Origin: Synechocystis sp. PCC 6803 substr. PCC-P
Lineage (GTDB): Bacteria; Cyanobacteriota; Cyanobacteriia; Cyanobacteriales; Microcystaceae
DNA: 32,000 bases
Assembly: GCF_000284455.1 (NCBI RefSeq)
Contig: NC_017039.1
Span: forward strand, 2,010,001-2,042,000
Reading direction: 5' to 3'
Made by a program: the position numbers and the translations under genes. This document shows positions 1-9,376 of this stretch, piece after piece. Numbering within the stretch: position 1 is the stretch's first letter; each line of letters starts with the position of its first letter. The notes beneath the pieces are model-generated. The model saw only the letters and a program-made list of their open reading frames with translations. It did not search any database and was not told the DNA's origin.

Positions 1-1
1 G

Positions 2-397
2 ACGTTGATTTTGCTCTTTGCTTTTAAGGGGGAATTGATTGTTAATAATCCTCTGCATATTTTTCTAATTGCCGTGCCGTTATTTATCCAAACCAATTTC
101 ATCTTTCTCATTACCTATGTTCTGGGGTTAAAACTCAAACTCAGTTACGAAGATGCCGCCCCCGCCGCCCTGATCGGTGCCAGTAATCATTTTGAAGTGG
201 CGATCGCCACCGCTGTGATGTTATTTGGCCTCAATTCTGGAGCTGCTTTGGCCACCGTAGTGGGGGTATTAATTGAAGTGCCAGTGATGTTAATGCTGGT
301 GGAAATTTGCAAAAAAACAGCCTTTTGGTTCCCCAGGGACCCGGAAAAAGCCACTTTGCTAGACCCCCGTTGTATAAATCAAGAAATTAGGATCTAA
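2..397 (+). CDS. acr3: Arsenite efflux transporter, ACR3/BASS-like family, C-terminal part (5' end outside window)
   Basis: Open frame runs to the left edge. Hydrophobic helices with '[18 protein letters not shown]' typical of ACR3 permeases. Followed by arsH and arsC on the same strand. Confidence 0.88.
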   Translation, partial: TLILLFAFKGELIVNNPLHIFLIAVPLFIQTNFIFLITYVLGLKLKLSYEDAAPAALIGASNHFEVAIATAVMLFGLNSGAALATVVGVLIEVPVMLMLVEICKKTAFWFPRDPEKATLLDPRCINQEIRI

Positions 398-459
398 AAA
401 CGTGTTTGGAAAGTTTTATTCTGCCCCCTCAATCGACCAACTAAAGCGACCGCAATACT

Positions 460-514
460 GGGGAACTTTCACTCAGTTTCCCCCCAAATTTGGGGGGCCA
501 GGGGGGCTTTTAAA
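460..514 (+). repeat. Dispersed palindromic G/C-block repeat, copy A (orientation opposite to copy B)
   Basis: 'GGGGAACTTTCACTCAGTTTCCCCCAAATTTGGGGGGCCAGGGGGGCTTTTAAAA'. Core CCCCCAAATTTGGGGG at 481-496 is a perfect palindrome. Confidence 0.7.
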
Positions 515-539
515 ACAAGCTCTAACCAACTTTGCCTAA

Positions 540-1169
540 TTGCCAGCAATGACCGACTTTAACCATCCTCCCCGGATTTTATTTCTCTATGGTTCCCTAC
601 GGGAGCGTTCCTACAGCCGTTTACTGGCCGAAGAAGCGGGCCGCATCATCACCACCATGGGAGCGGAAACCAAATTTTTTGATCCGAGGGAATTACCCCT
701 GCGGGGCCAAGTTCTGGATAGCCACCCCAAAGTTCAAGAATTACTAGAACTAAGCCAATGGTCTGAAGGCCAAGTGTGGTCTTCCCCGGAAATGCACGGC
801 AACATTACAGGAATTCTCAAAAATCAAATTGATTGGATTCCCCTGGAAATTGGTTCCATTCGTCCCACCCAGGGCCGCACCCTAGCGGTGATGCAGGTTA
901 GTGGCGGTTCCCAATCTTTCAATGCCGTCAACACCATGCGCATTCTTGGTCGTTGGATGCGGATGTTTACCATTCCCAACCAATCATCCGTGGCTAAGGC
1001 GTATCAGGAATTCCATGAAGACGGCACCATGAAGGATTCCCCCTATCGAGACCGGGTGGTGGACGTGATGGAAGAACTATACAAATTCACCCTGCTACTG
1101 CGGGACAAGGTGGATTATTTAACCGATCGCCATAGTGAAAGAAAAGCTAAGGTCAACACCGATGGTTGA
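540..1169 (+). CDS. arsH: ArsH, NADPH-dependent FMN reductase-like arsenical resistance protein (alternative ATG start at 549)
   Basis: Motifs '[21 protein letters not shown]', '[23 protein letters not shown]' and '[18 protein letters not shown]' are characteristic of ArsH. Located in an ars cluster. Confidence 0.93.
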
Positions 1170-1258
1170 TGTTTTTCCCACTGAAACTAACTCCAATCAC
1201 TCCAATTTATTCCATCAATTAATTAATCAAACTAATTAATCTAAGCGAGGCTAAAACT

Positions 1259-1654
1259 GTGAAAAAGGTAATGTTCGTTTGCAAACGTAATTCCTGTCGC
1301 TCCCAAATGGCAGAGGGCTTTGCCAAAACTTTAGGGGCCGGCAAAATTGCTGTTACCAGTTGTGGACTGGAATCTTCCCGGGTCCATCCCACCGCCATTG
1401 CCATGATGGAAGAAGTAGGCATAGACATCAGCGGCCAGACCTCCGACCCCATCGAAAACTTTAACGCCGACGATTACGACGTGGTAATTTCCCTTTGTGG
1501 CTGTGGGGTTAATCTGCCGCCGGAATGGGTAACCCAGGAAATTTTTGAAGACTGGCAACTGGAAGATCCCGATGGTCAATCATTGGAAGTTTTTCGCACC
1601 GTGCGGGGCCAGGTTAAGGAACGGGTGGAAAACCTGATCGCCAAAATTAGCTGA
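1259..1654 (+). CDS. arsC: Arsenate reductase, low-molecular-weight phosphatase-like fold (GTG start)
   Basis: P-loop-like N-terminus 'MFVCKRNSCRSQMAEG', 'VISLCGCGVNLP' and 'FEDWQLEDPDG'. Third gene of the ars cluster. Confidence 0.93.
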   Translation: MKKVMFVCKRNSCRSQMAEGFAKTLGAGKIAVTSCGLESSRVHPTAIAMMEEVGIDISGQTSDPIENFNADDYDVVISLCGCGVNLPPEWVTQEIFEDWQLEDPDGQSLEVFRTVRGQVKERVENLIAKIS

Positions 1655-1772
1655 TCTGCCCCATCCCCATTGATACCAACGATACCAAACCCCCAATTTG
1701 GCTATATGCTTAGGGAAATGGCTTTTTGCCACGAAACTTCACTAATCGTTATACAAGTTAATCAAAGGAGGG

Positions 1773-2513
1773 TTGTGGATCTTGGAAACCAATAAAGAAA
1801 GGATATTGGTGGTCGATGACGAGGCCAGCATCCGACGCATACTGGAAACCCGTTTATCCATGATTGGCTATGAAGTGGTGACCGCTGCCGACGGTGAAGA
1901 GGCGATCGCCACTTTCCATGAGAGCGACCCCGATTTGGTGGTGTTGGATGTGATGATGCCCAAGCTGGACGGCTACGGCGTTTGCCAAGAACTACGTAAA
2001 GAATCGGACATTCCCATTATTATGCTTACCGCCCTGGGGGATGTGGCCGATCGCATTACCGGTTTGGAACTGGGGGCCGATGATTATGTGGTGAAGCCCT
2101 TTTCCCCCAAGGAATTGGAAGCTAGAATCCGGTCCGTGCTACGGCGGGTGGACAAAAACGGTATGCCGGGCATTCCCAGTTCGGGCGTGTTGCAAATTGC
2201 CACCATTCGCATTGATACCAACAAGCGTCAAGTGTATAAAGGGGATGAGCGCATCCGCCTAACAGGAATGGAATTTAGCCTGTTGGAATTGTTGGTGAGT
2301 CGCTCCGGAGAGCCCTTTTCCCGTTCGGAAATTCTCCAGGAAGTGTGGGGCTACACCCCCGAACGCCATGTGGATACCAGGGTGGTGGACGTGCATATTT
2401 CCCGCCTGCGGGCCAAACTAGAGGAAGACCCCAGCAATCCCGAATTAATTCTTACTGCCCGGGGCACCGGTTACCTGTTCCAACGCATTCTGGAACCGGG
2501 GGAAGAACCGTAA
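1773..2513 (+). CDS. rpaB: OmpR/PhoB-type response regulator RpaB (Ycf27)
   Basis: Receiver domain 'ILVVDDEASIRRILETRLSMIGYEVVTAADGEEA...DLVVLDVMMPKLDG' with a C-terminal winged helix 'EILQEVWGYTPERHVDTRVVDVHISRLRAKLE'. Preceded by AAAGGAGGG. Confidence 0.95.
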   Translation: MWILETNKERILVVDDEASIRRILETRLSMIGYEVVTAADGEEAIATFHESDPDLVVLDVMMPKLDGYGVCQELRKESDIPIIMLTALGDVADRITGLELGADDYVVKPFSPKELEARIRSVLRRVDKNGMPGIPSSGVLQIATIRIDTNKRQVYKGDERIRLTGMEFSLLELLVSRSGEPFSRSEILQEVWGYTPERHVDTRVVDVHISRLRAKLEEDPSNPELILTARGTGYLFQRILEPGEEP

Positions 2514-2565
2514 TTCCTAGGGATTTACCGAGGAATTTTCAGCCCATTGCCAGTTAATTGCCACC

Positions 2566-3213
2566 ATGAGTGCAGATCCCAATCGTATTGTTCGTTTATT
2601 ACCCCTTGGGGCGGGCAGTCTCGGGGGACTGTTATTGCTAATTAACCGCCTTTCCACCCCCATGTTAAACCCTTCCCAAGCCCGTTCCGATGTGGTGGGG
2701 GTAATTTTGGCGGGGATGCTGGTGTGTGTCTGGCTAATTTGGCAACGGATTCAGCCCAAGTCCCCGGAAGCGGTGGTGCTAGAAGGCAAAGAAGGCTTTG
2801 ATTTACTGGATAGTCTGCCCCAGGAAATAAAAACAGAGTTAGCTTGGGCTTCCCATTTGCTCTTGACTAATACGGTCACCCAAACCATGGTGGTCTATTA
2901 CGATCGCCAGGTGTTATTGCGCCGGGGCATTTTGAGTGAGCAAAAAGAAGTGAAACCGGGGCCGATTGTAGAACGGGTAATGCAAACCCAAAAGCCCGTT
3001 TATTTGGTGAATTTACCCCTCTATCCCGGTCGAGTGGAATTTGATTATTTACCCGCCAACACCCAGGGTTTAATCTGTCAGCCCCTCGACGATCGGGGTG
3101 TGTTAATCCTAGGAGCCAATATTCCCCGCAGTTATACGAAACAGGATGAAAATTGGGTCACGGGCATTGCTGATAAAATTGCCCATAGCTTGAGCATGCC
3201 CATCAATGCTTAA
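2566..3213 (+). CDS. Putative cofactor assembly of complex C (CCB2/CCB4-like) protein, GAF-like with two N-terminal TM helices
   Basis: N-terminal TM segments followed by 'LLTNTVTQTMVVYYDRQVLLRRG...GRVEFDYLPANTQGLICQPLDDRGVLILG', resembling cyanobacterial Ccb-type proteins. Confidence 0.6.
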   Translation: MSADPNRIVRLLPLGAGSLGGLLLLINRLSTPMLNPSQARSDVVGVILAGMLVCVWLIWQRIQPKSPEAVVLEGKEGFDLLDSLPQEIKTELAWASHLLLTNTVTQTMVVYYDRQVLLRRGILSEQKEVKPGPIVERVMQTQKPVYLVNLPLYPGRVEFDYLPANTQGLICQPLDDRGVLILGANIPRSYTKQDENWVTGIADKIAHSLSMPINA

Positions 3214-3815
3214 CGGACAAATTTGAGCCAAGCAAAAATTTCCGCTGTGGTTAGGCTGAGGTCCAAACCATTTAATACTGGCAATAGTTCTTCCCTATTG
3301 TTCATCTCTGCAGCTTCAACACCGTAAAACTTTGGTGGGTACTGGGGAAAAAAAACTAAAATTGAACGTTCCTCTGGACTGATGAGCCACCCCAATTCAC
3401 TGCCCTGCTCTAAGCAATAGAGAATATTATTAATTACCTTTGTTGCGCTTTGCTGGGGGGAGAGAATCTCAATTATCCAATCAGGGCAACTCGTAAAATG
3501 ATTAGCAATATCTCCATCCGTAGTTAAGGGAATTCTTTGCCAACGAAATACAGAAATATCTGGCACCAGGGAACGATCAGCAAAGGTACAGCGTAACTCC
3601 GGCAAAGCATAGGCGAGGCGAAGGGGCTCGGCCACTTGGTTAATGGCCTGGCAAAGTCGGTATTGCAATTGACTATGCTGTCCCTGGGGCATGGGTTTTT
3701 GAGTAATAACTCCGTTCACATATTCCCACGCCGGAGAGTCTTCAATGTGGGATAGGGTGAGAAATTCCCATAGCGTTGTGATGGGGCTAGAGGCAAGCAT
3801 AGTAACTATTCTCAC
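3210..3815 (-). CDS. Uma2-family (DUF820) PD-(D/E)XK endonuclease-like protein (a second in-frame Met lies five residues in)
   Basis: 'YVNGVITQKPMPQGQHSQLQYRLCQAINQ', 'LVPDISVFRW' and 'PDWIIEILSPQQSATKVINNILYCLEQGSELGWLI' follow the Uma2 pattern. Confidence 0.88.
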   Translation of the reverse strand: MRIVTMLASSPITTLWEFLTLSHIEDSPAWEYVNGVITQKPMPQGQHSQLQYRLCQAINQVAEPLRLAYALPELRCTFADRSLVPDISVFRWQRIPLTTDGDIANHFTSCPDWIIEILSPQQSATKVINNILYCLEQGSELGWLISPEERSILVFFPQYPPKFYGVEAAEMNNREELLPVLNGLDLSLTTAEIFAWLKFVR

Positions 3816-3935
3816 AAGATGAGTTTATTCTGCCATGTAAGCATTTTAAGTATAACTCCGCCATGATCAACGTTCCAGGTAAGTTAAGCCAGCCAGTCTG
3901 ACATGCAACTCAAGTCTAAAAAATAGCAAATTACC

Positions 3936-5846
3936 TCAAATTCTCTCAGCTAAAGTTAGCCAACGTTCTGTTTTTTGATCAATACTTTCACTTAAATTAG
4001 CTAAGCGTTCCGTCAGGTTTTGCAACTCGGTAAAATTGCCGTTGGAACTCTGGTAAAGTTGGGCTTCCAGTTGGGCTTTTTCTTCTTCCAATTGGGGAAT
4101 TTGTTGCTCAAGCTGTTCGTATTCCCGCTTTTCTTTATAGGAAAGTTTTTTCGAGCTACTATCTTGGCTAACTTTGGTCGTAACAGAAGCAACTGGTTGA
4201 GATTTTTTTAACTCAGTTTCTTCTTGGTTTGCTCTAACCTGTTCTGCTTTTTTATATTCCAAATACAAAGTGTAATTGCCGGGATATTGCCGTAGTTCTC
4301 CCTCTTCTTCAAAAGCAAAAATGGTTTCCACGGTGCGGTCGAGGAAATACCGGTCATGGGAAACCACAATGACGCAACCGTTAAAATCTTCCAGGTAATC
4401 TTCCAACACCGCCAGGGTTTGCACATCCAAATCGTTGGTAGGTTCGTCCAAAATTAAAACGTTGGGGGCTCGCATCAACACCCGCAGTAAAAATAAACGG
4501 CGCTTTTCTCCCCCGGATAACTTGGCAATGGGAGCAAATTGTTGATTGGGGGGAAATAAAAATCTTTCTAACATCTGCCCAGCGGTAATTACTTCGCCGT
4601 CGGTGGTTTTGATCAATTCCGCCACACTTTTGAGGTAATCAATTACCCGTTGATTAGGATTTAAACTCAGGTCATCGGAGTGTTGATCAAAATAACCAAA
4701 ATGAATGGTGCTACCAATGTCCACTGTGCCTTGGTCCGGCTCCAATCTGCCAGTGATCATATTCATTAAAGTGGATTTGCCCACGCCATTTTTGCCCACA
4801 ATTCCCACCCGATCGCCGGGGGTGAAAATATAGGAAAAATCTTTAATTAATTGTTTGTTTTCAAAGCCCTTGCTAATGTTTTCCAGCTCTACCACTTTTT
4901 TGCCAATGCGCCGCCCAGCCGTACTAATATCTACTTTTCCCGTCCCCGTTTTAAAGCTGGTCTCCTGCATATCCTGGATGCGGTCAATGCGGGCTTTTTG
5001 CTTAGTGCTCCGGGCTTTAGGCCCTCTTTTTAACCATTCCAATTCCCGCCGCAACACTCCCCGGTGTTTTTTCTGACTGCTCTGTTCCGATTCCTCTGCT
5101 TCCGCTTTTTTGGTCAGATAATAACCATAGTTACCGTTGTAGCTATACAGTTCTCCTTGGTCAATTTCCAAAATACGGTTCGTCACCCGGTCCAAAAAAT
5201 AGCGGTCGTGGGTAATTAATAACAATGCTCCCCGGAACCGTTGCAGGTAACTTTGTAGCCATTCCACCGAAAAAGCATCCAAATGGTTAGTGGGTTCGTC
5301 CATCAACAGCACATCCGGTTGGGACAACAATGCGGCGGCGATCGCCACCCGTTTACGGTAACCACCGGAAAGATCGCCTACTTTGGCATCGAGATGATCT
5401 ACCCCCAACTGGGTCAGAATAATTTTGGCTTGGGTTTCCAATTCCCAGGCCCCACTGGTTTCCATCTGGGCTGATAGGGCCGACAGTTGATTAAGCAATT
5501 GCTCGTCACTGCCCTGGTGGGCCAACTTGTCCGACAGCAGTTCGTATTGTTTAACTAATTGCCACTGTTCGCCACTGTCCACAAAAACCTGCTCCAACAC
5601 GGTGCGATCGCCGTCCATCTCTGGTTGTTGGGGTAAATAAACCACTTTGGCACTGCTGTTGCACCAATATTCTCCGCCATCAAAGGGTTCTAACCCGGCA
5701 ATCATTTTCAACAGGGTGGATTTACCGGAGCCATTAACCCCAATTAATCCCACCCGATCGCCTGGCTCGATGTTGAACGTAGCGTCCCGCAGAATTTCTT
5801 TAATACCAAAATCTTTGCGGAGGGATTGAACAGTGATGAGAGCCAT
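3936..5846 (-). CDS. uup: ABC-F family ATPase, Uup-like, two ABC domains plus C-terminal coiled coil
   Basis: Two Walker A motifs (GVNGSGKST, GKNGVGKST), two signature/Walker B pairs (LSGGYRKRV...LLMDEPTNHLD and LSGGEKRRL...LILDEPTNDLD) and a C-terminal coiled coil. Start set at ATG 5846 (MALITVQSL). The track ORF extends to 5885. Confidence 0.93.
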   Translation of the reverse strand: MALITVQSLRKDFGIKEILRDATFNIEPGDRVGLIGVNGSGKSTLLKMIAGLEPFDGGEYWCNSSAKVVYLPQQPEMDGDRTVLEQVFVDSGEQWQLVKQYELLSDKLAHQGSDEQLLNQLSALSAQMETSGAWELETQAKIILTQLGVDHLDAKVGDLSGGYRKRVAIAAALLSQPDVLLMDEPTNHLDAFSVEWLQSYLQRFRGALLLITHDRYFLDRVTNRILEIDQGELYSYNGNYGYYLTKKAEAEESEQSSQKKHRGVLRRELEWLKRGPKARSTKQKARIDRIQDMQETSFKTGTGKVDISTAGRRIGKKVVELENISKGFENKQLIKDFSYIFTPGDRVGIVGKNGVGKSTLMNMITGRLEPDQGTVDIGSTIHFGYFDQHSDDLSLNPNQRVIDYLKSVAELIKTTDGEVITAGQMLERFLFPPNQQFAPIAKLSGGEKRRLFLLRVLMRAPNVLILDEPTNDLDVQTLAVLEDYLEDFNGCVIVVSHDRYFLDRTVETIFAFEEEGELRQYPGNYTLYLEYKKAEQVRANQEETELKKSQPVASVTTKVSQDSSSKKLSYKEKREYEQLEQQIPQLEEEKAQLEAQLYQSSNGNFTELQNLTERLANLSESIDQKTERWLTLAERI

Positions 5847-6131
5847 ACGGGGAAATTTACCAGGAAAAATTGAGCAGACTGGCAAATTACAAGCCTTGGT
5901 CTGGGGCCCATTTTATCGAAAAACTGGGTTTACCCCTGGTCTTCCACCATGATTTGCCCTAGCCAAAATCGAAAATGGCGCTCCATTGTTTAACCACCTG
6001 TTTAGGCATCCCTATGGGTCGTGTTTTTGCCGCCCTAAAAGGGATGTTATGGAGATCACAAAAATGAACGAAAATCCCCTAAAGTAGGGTAGCTTACGGC
6101 GACATCGCCCTTGGTCTCACGTTAGGAAGGC

Positions 6132-6992
6132 ATGGATCTATCACAGTTAATCTTTAATGGCATTGCGGTGGGAAGCATTATCGCCCTGGGGGCAGTGGGG
6201 TTGACCCTGACCTATGGCATTTTACGCCTGTCTAATTTTGCCCATGGTGATTTTATGACTTTGGCGGCCTATTTAACTTGGTGGGCCAACACCAGCGGCA
6301 TTAATTTGTGGTTATCCATGGCCCTGGGTTGTGTCGGTACCATCATTGCCATGTTCATTGGTGAATGGTTGCTCTGGAAGCCCATGCGGGCCCGGCGGGC
6401 TACGGCAACAACGCTGATCATTATTTCCATTGGTCTAGCCCTATTTCTCCGCAACGGCATCCTCTTGATCTGGGGTGGCAATAACCAAAATTACCGAGTG
6501 CCCATTGTCCCTGCCCAGGATTTTATGGGCATTAAATTTGAGTATTACCGTCTACTGGTCATTGCTATGGCGATCGCCGCCATGGTGGTGTTGCATTTGA
6601 TTTTGCAAAGGACGAAAGTGGGCAAAGCGATGCGGGCCGTGGCGGACAATGTTGATCTGGCGAAAGTATCCGGCATCAACGTGGAATGGGTAGTGATGTG
6701 GACCTGGGTAATGACCGCAGTGTTAACAGCCCTAGGAGGATCCATGTATGGCCTGATGACCACCCTGAAACCGAATATGGGGTGGTTTTTGATTTTGCCC
6801 ATGTTTGCTTCGGTGATTCTAGGGGGCATTGGTAATCCCTACGGGGCGATCGCCGGGGGGATAATTATTGGCGTAGCCCAGGAAGTGAGCGTGCCTTGGT
6901 TTGGCACCAGTTACAAAATGGGGGTGGCATTGCTGTTGATGATCATCATTTTGTTCATTCGTCCCCAAGGTTTGTTTAAAGGCACTCAATAA
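6132..6992 (+). CDS. natD: Branched-chain/neutral amino-acid ABC transporter permease (LivH/NatD type)
   Basis: 'GAVGLTLTYGILRLSNFAHGDFMTLAAYLTWW' and 'LGGIGNPYGAIAGG' are typical of LivH-type permeases. Symbol is inferred from the Synechocystis Nat-I system. Confidence 0.88.
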   Translation: MDLSQLIFNGIAVGSIIALGAVGLTLTYGILRLSNFAHGDFMTLAAYLTWWANTSGINLWLSMALGCVGTIIAMFIGEWLLWKPMRARRATATTLIIISIGLALFLRNGILLIWGGNNQNYRVPIVPAQDFMGIKFEYYRLLVIAMAIAAMVVLHLILQRTKVGKAMRAVADNVDLAKVSGINVEWVVMWTWVMTAVLTALGGSMYGLMTTLKPNMGWFLILPMFASVILGGIGNPYGAIAGGIIIGVAQEVSVPWFGTSYKMGVALLLMIIILFIRPQGLFKGTQ

Positions 6993-7816
6993 TGGCCAAA
7001 GCAGATAAACAACGACTGGATGCCCTTTTGGTAGCCAAAGGTTTATGTGAATCCAGAGCCCTGGCCCAGCGGTTGATCCGGGCGGGGGAAGTGAAAGTTA
7101 ATCAACAGTTGGTGGATAAACCAGGCACCCTGGTAACCATGGATGTGGCGGTGGAACTAGCCCAAAGGCCTCCCTACGTTTCCCGGGGAGGGGAAAAGTT
7201 AGCCAAGGCCCTAACGGAATTTGCCATTGATGTGACCGGTCGCATTTGTCTCGATGGGGGCATTTCCACTGGTGGCTTTACGGATTGTTTATTACAAAGG
7301 GGAGCAACGAAGGTTTACGGCGTGGATGTGGGTTACGGCCAGGTGGCTTGGAAATTGCGTCAGGATGACCGGGTGATTTTGCGGGAGCGGGCCAATTTTC
7401 GTTACCTCACGCCCCAGGATTTGTATGGGGATCAACCCTGGCCGGACTTGGGGGTGATGGATTTGTCCTTTATTTCCCTTACCAAAGTGATGGCTCCCCT
7501 CTGGTCTCTCCTCGCTCCTCCCCGGGAAGTGGTGTTATTGGTTAAGCCGCAATTTGAAGTGGGCAGGGAAAAAATTGGCAAAAAGGGAGTGGTGCGGGAT
7601 GCCCAAGCCCAGGCAGAGGCCATTGACCAAGTGTGGCGATCAGGGCAGAGCCTCGGTTGGCAGTTTAACGGTTTAACTTTTTCCCCTATCACCGGGCCGG
7701 CGGGCAATGTGGAATATTTACTCTGGCTCAGTCAATCCGCTGTTAACGCCTCTGCTCCAACGCTAGCTCAGTTGGGGGAAATTACCCAAAAAACGTTGGA
7801 TTCTTTTAGAAACTGA
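6992..7816 (+). CDS. TlyA/hemolysin A-family rRNA methyltransferase: S4 domain plus FtsJ-like domain
   Basis: S4 domain 'RLDALLVAKGLCESRALAQRLIRAGEVKVN' then 'YVSRGGEKLAKAL...DVTGRICLDGGISTGGFTDCLLQRGATKVYGVDVGYGQ'. Start overlaps the preceding stop (TAATG). Confidence 0.93.
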   Translation: MAKADKQRLDALLVAKGLCESRALAQRLIRAGEVKVNQQLVDKPGTLVTMDVAVELAQRPPYVSRGGEKLAKALTEFAIDVTGRICLDGGISTGGFTDCLLQRGATKVYGVDVGYGQVAWKLRQDDRVILRERANFRYLTPQDLYGDQPWPDLGVMDLSFISLTKVMAPLWSLLAPPREVVLLVKPQFEVGREKIGKKGVVRDAQAQAEAIDQVWRSGQSLGWQFNGLTFSPITGPAGNVEYLLWLSQSAVNASAPTLAQLGEITQKTLDSFRN

Positions 7817-7878
7817 ATTGGGATTTTGTGTAAATTGTAAAGAGATAATCAGAAATAATAGTCGAGTCGACAGCTATT

Positions 7879-8265
7879 TTATTCTCTACTAAGTAGGTAT
7901 TGTTCAGCACTTAATTTGAGCTTATCTCCTTTTAAAATCAACTGATCAATATAATCTTTTAATTCCATATAAGGCTGACGAGCATCTTTTTTATTACGTT
8001 CAATCATGCGCCTAGTTTCTGCACGAACTCGCCCTGCCCACTTATTTTTACCAAATATATCTAAACCAACGGAAACGATACTATCAGAATAGGCTTGGCT
8101 TGCGTCTTGATTAATTTGCCGAATGTGGGCGTTGATTTCCTTTTTAATAGCTCGTAGTTGCTTTTGGGCAAGATTAATTTGCTTGACTTGTAACTTTACG
8201 GATTGGGGAGAATCAAGCGTTAAGGTCAGTTGGTTGGCAATAGTTTGAATTTCTTGAATATTCAT
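7879..8265 (-). CDS. Hypothetical protein, small, basic, predicted helical (128 aa)
   Basis: Complete ORF 15 nt downstream of the TPR gene on the same strand. Contains 'KNKWAGRVRAETRRMIERNKKDARQPYMELKDYIDQLI'. No family recognised. Confidence 0.75.
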   Translation of the reverse strand: MNIQEIQTIANQLTLTLDSPQSVKLQVKQINLAQKQLRAIKKEINAHIRQINQDASQAYSDSIVSVGLDIFGKNKWAGRVRAETRRMIERNKKDARQPYMELKDYIDQLILKGDKLKLSAEQYLLSRE

Positions 8266-8280
8266 GAGTTTATTAGAAAG

Positions 8281-9372
8281 TTAATCAATTATTGTTTGAG
8301 CTTTTTGTAAATCTTCTAGTGCCTTCTCATGATTTCCAAGTTCTCTAAATACTATACTTCGATTAACATATGCCGCTTTGCACTTAGAATCAATGACTAA
8401 CGCTTGATTATAATCATCTAAGGATTTTTGATGACAACCTAAATCGTAGTAAGCTACGCCTCTATTAATATAAGCCCAAACAAATGTTGGCTTAACAATT
8501 AAAGCATCAGAAAAATCTTTGATAGCCTTCTTAATCTGTCCCATCTTATAATAAGCAAGACCTCTATTATAAAATCCATTAAATAAATTACCATTTAAAG
8601 CCAATGATTGATCGAGGTAATCAATTGCAGACTGGTATTTTTCTAAGGAAAGGAAAGAAGAACCAAGGATATATAGTGTATTATCCTTATTAATGTGCAT
8701 TGGATTCAACCTTAGAGAAGTAAAACAATCTTCAATAGCTGCATCAAAATCACCCAAAAGATTATGTATTTCAGCCCGTAATATGTAAGAAGATACAAAA
8801 TTTGAATTTAGTTTTAAGGCTTCGTTGATTTTTTCAAGAGCATCTTGAGTATTACCCAGTAGTCTGTTAATAGCCCCTTGAATAGATAATTCAATGGGAT
8901 TATAACACTTGTTGATATCGGTCTTAATTTGTAGCAAATCATTGTAACATGAAAGAATAAAACTACTTGCTTGTAGCTCAGAGATTATAATAATTTTAGA
9001 ATAAAAAGCAATAACTGAATCTTGATAAAATTGCTTATGTTTTAGCCCCAGATATAAATCATTTTTGCTGTCTATATTATTACCTAGAAAAGAATGAGCA
9101 AAGCCCCTCAAAAAATAGGCTTCACAAAATCTATCATTAAATTCTAAAGCTTTAGTAAAAGAATCTATGGCATCAGATATATTTCCTAATATATATTGCT
9201 CTACTCCAAGTTTGAACAGATGCTCATGGTTGCTTGATTTTGTCAATATTTTTGTACAATCTTCGAATTTCTTTTCACTCTTTGATAAAGTGATTTTTTG
9301 GGTAAGCTGTAACCCCTTTTTGACCACATCAGAAGAATAACGAGCTAAATTTTGTTTGTAGTTATCAGTCAT
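8281..9372 (-). CDS. Tetratricopeptide repeat (TPR) protein, 363 aa
   Basis: Many successive TPR units, e.g. 'ALALNGNLFNGFYNRGLAYYKMGQIKKAIKDFSDALIVKPTFVWAYINRGVAYYDLGCHQKSLDDYNQALVI'. Confidence 0.92.
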   Translation of the reverse strand: MTDNYKQNLARYSSDVVKKGLQLTQKITLSKSEKKFEDCTKILTKSSNHEHLFKLGVEQYILGNISDAIDSFTKALEFNDRFCEAYFLRGFAHSFLGNNIDSKNDLYLGLKHKQFYQDSVIAFYSKIIIISELQASSFILSCYNDLLQIKTDINKCYNPIELSIQGAINRLLGNTQDALEKINEALKLNSNFVSSYILRAEIHNLLGDFDAAIEDCFTSLRLNPMHINKDNTLYILGSSFLSLEKYQSAIDYLDQSLALNGNLFNGFYNRGLAYYKMGQIKKAIKDFSDALIVKPTFVWAYINRGVAYYDLGCHQKSLDDYNQALVIDSKCKAAYVNRSIVFRELGNHEKALEDLQKAQTIID

Positions 9373-9376
9373 GAGA

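Noticed and set aside
7857-7878. AATAG…CTATT and GTCGAGTCGAC palindromic sequence between the convergent TlyA-like gene and the small hypothetical gene
   Set aside because: The outer stem is only 5 AT-rich pairs and the inner GTCGA/TCGAC palindrome has a 1-nt loop, so a bidirectional terminator cannot be supported by eye.
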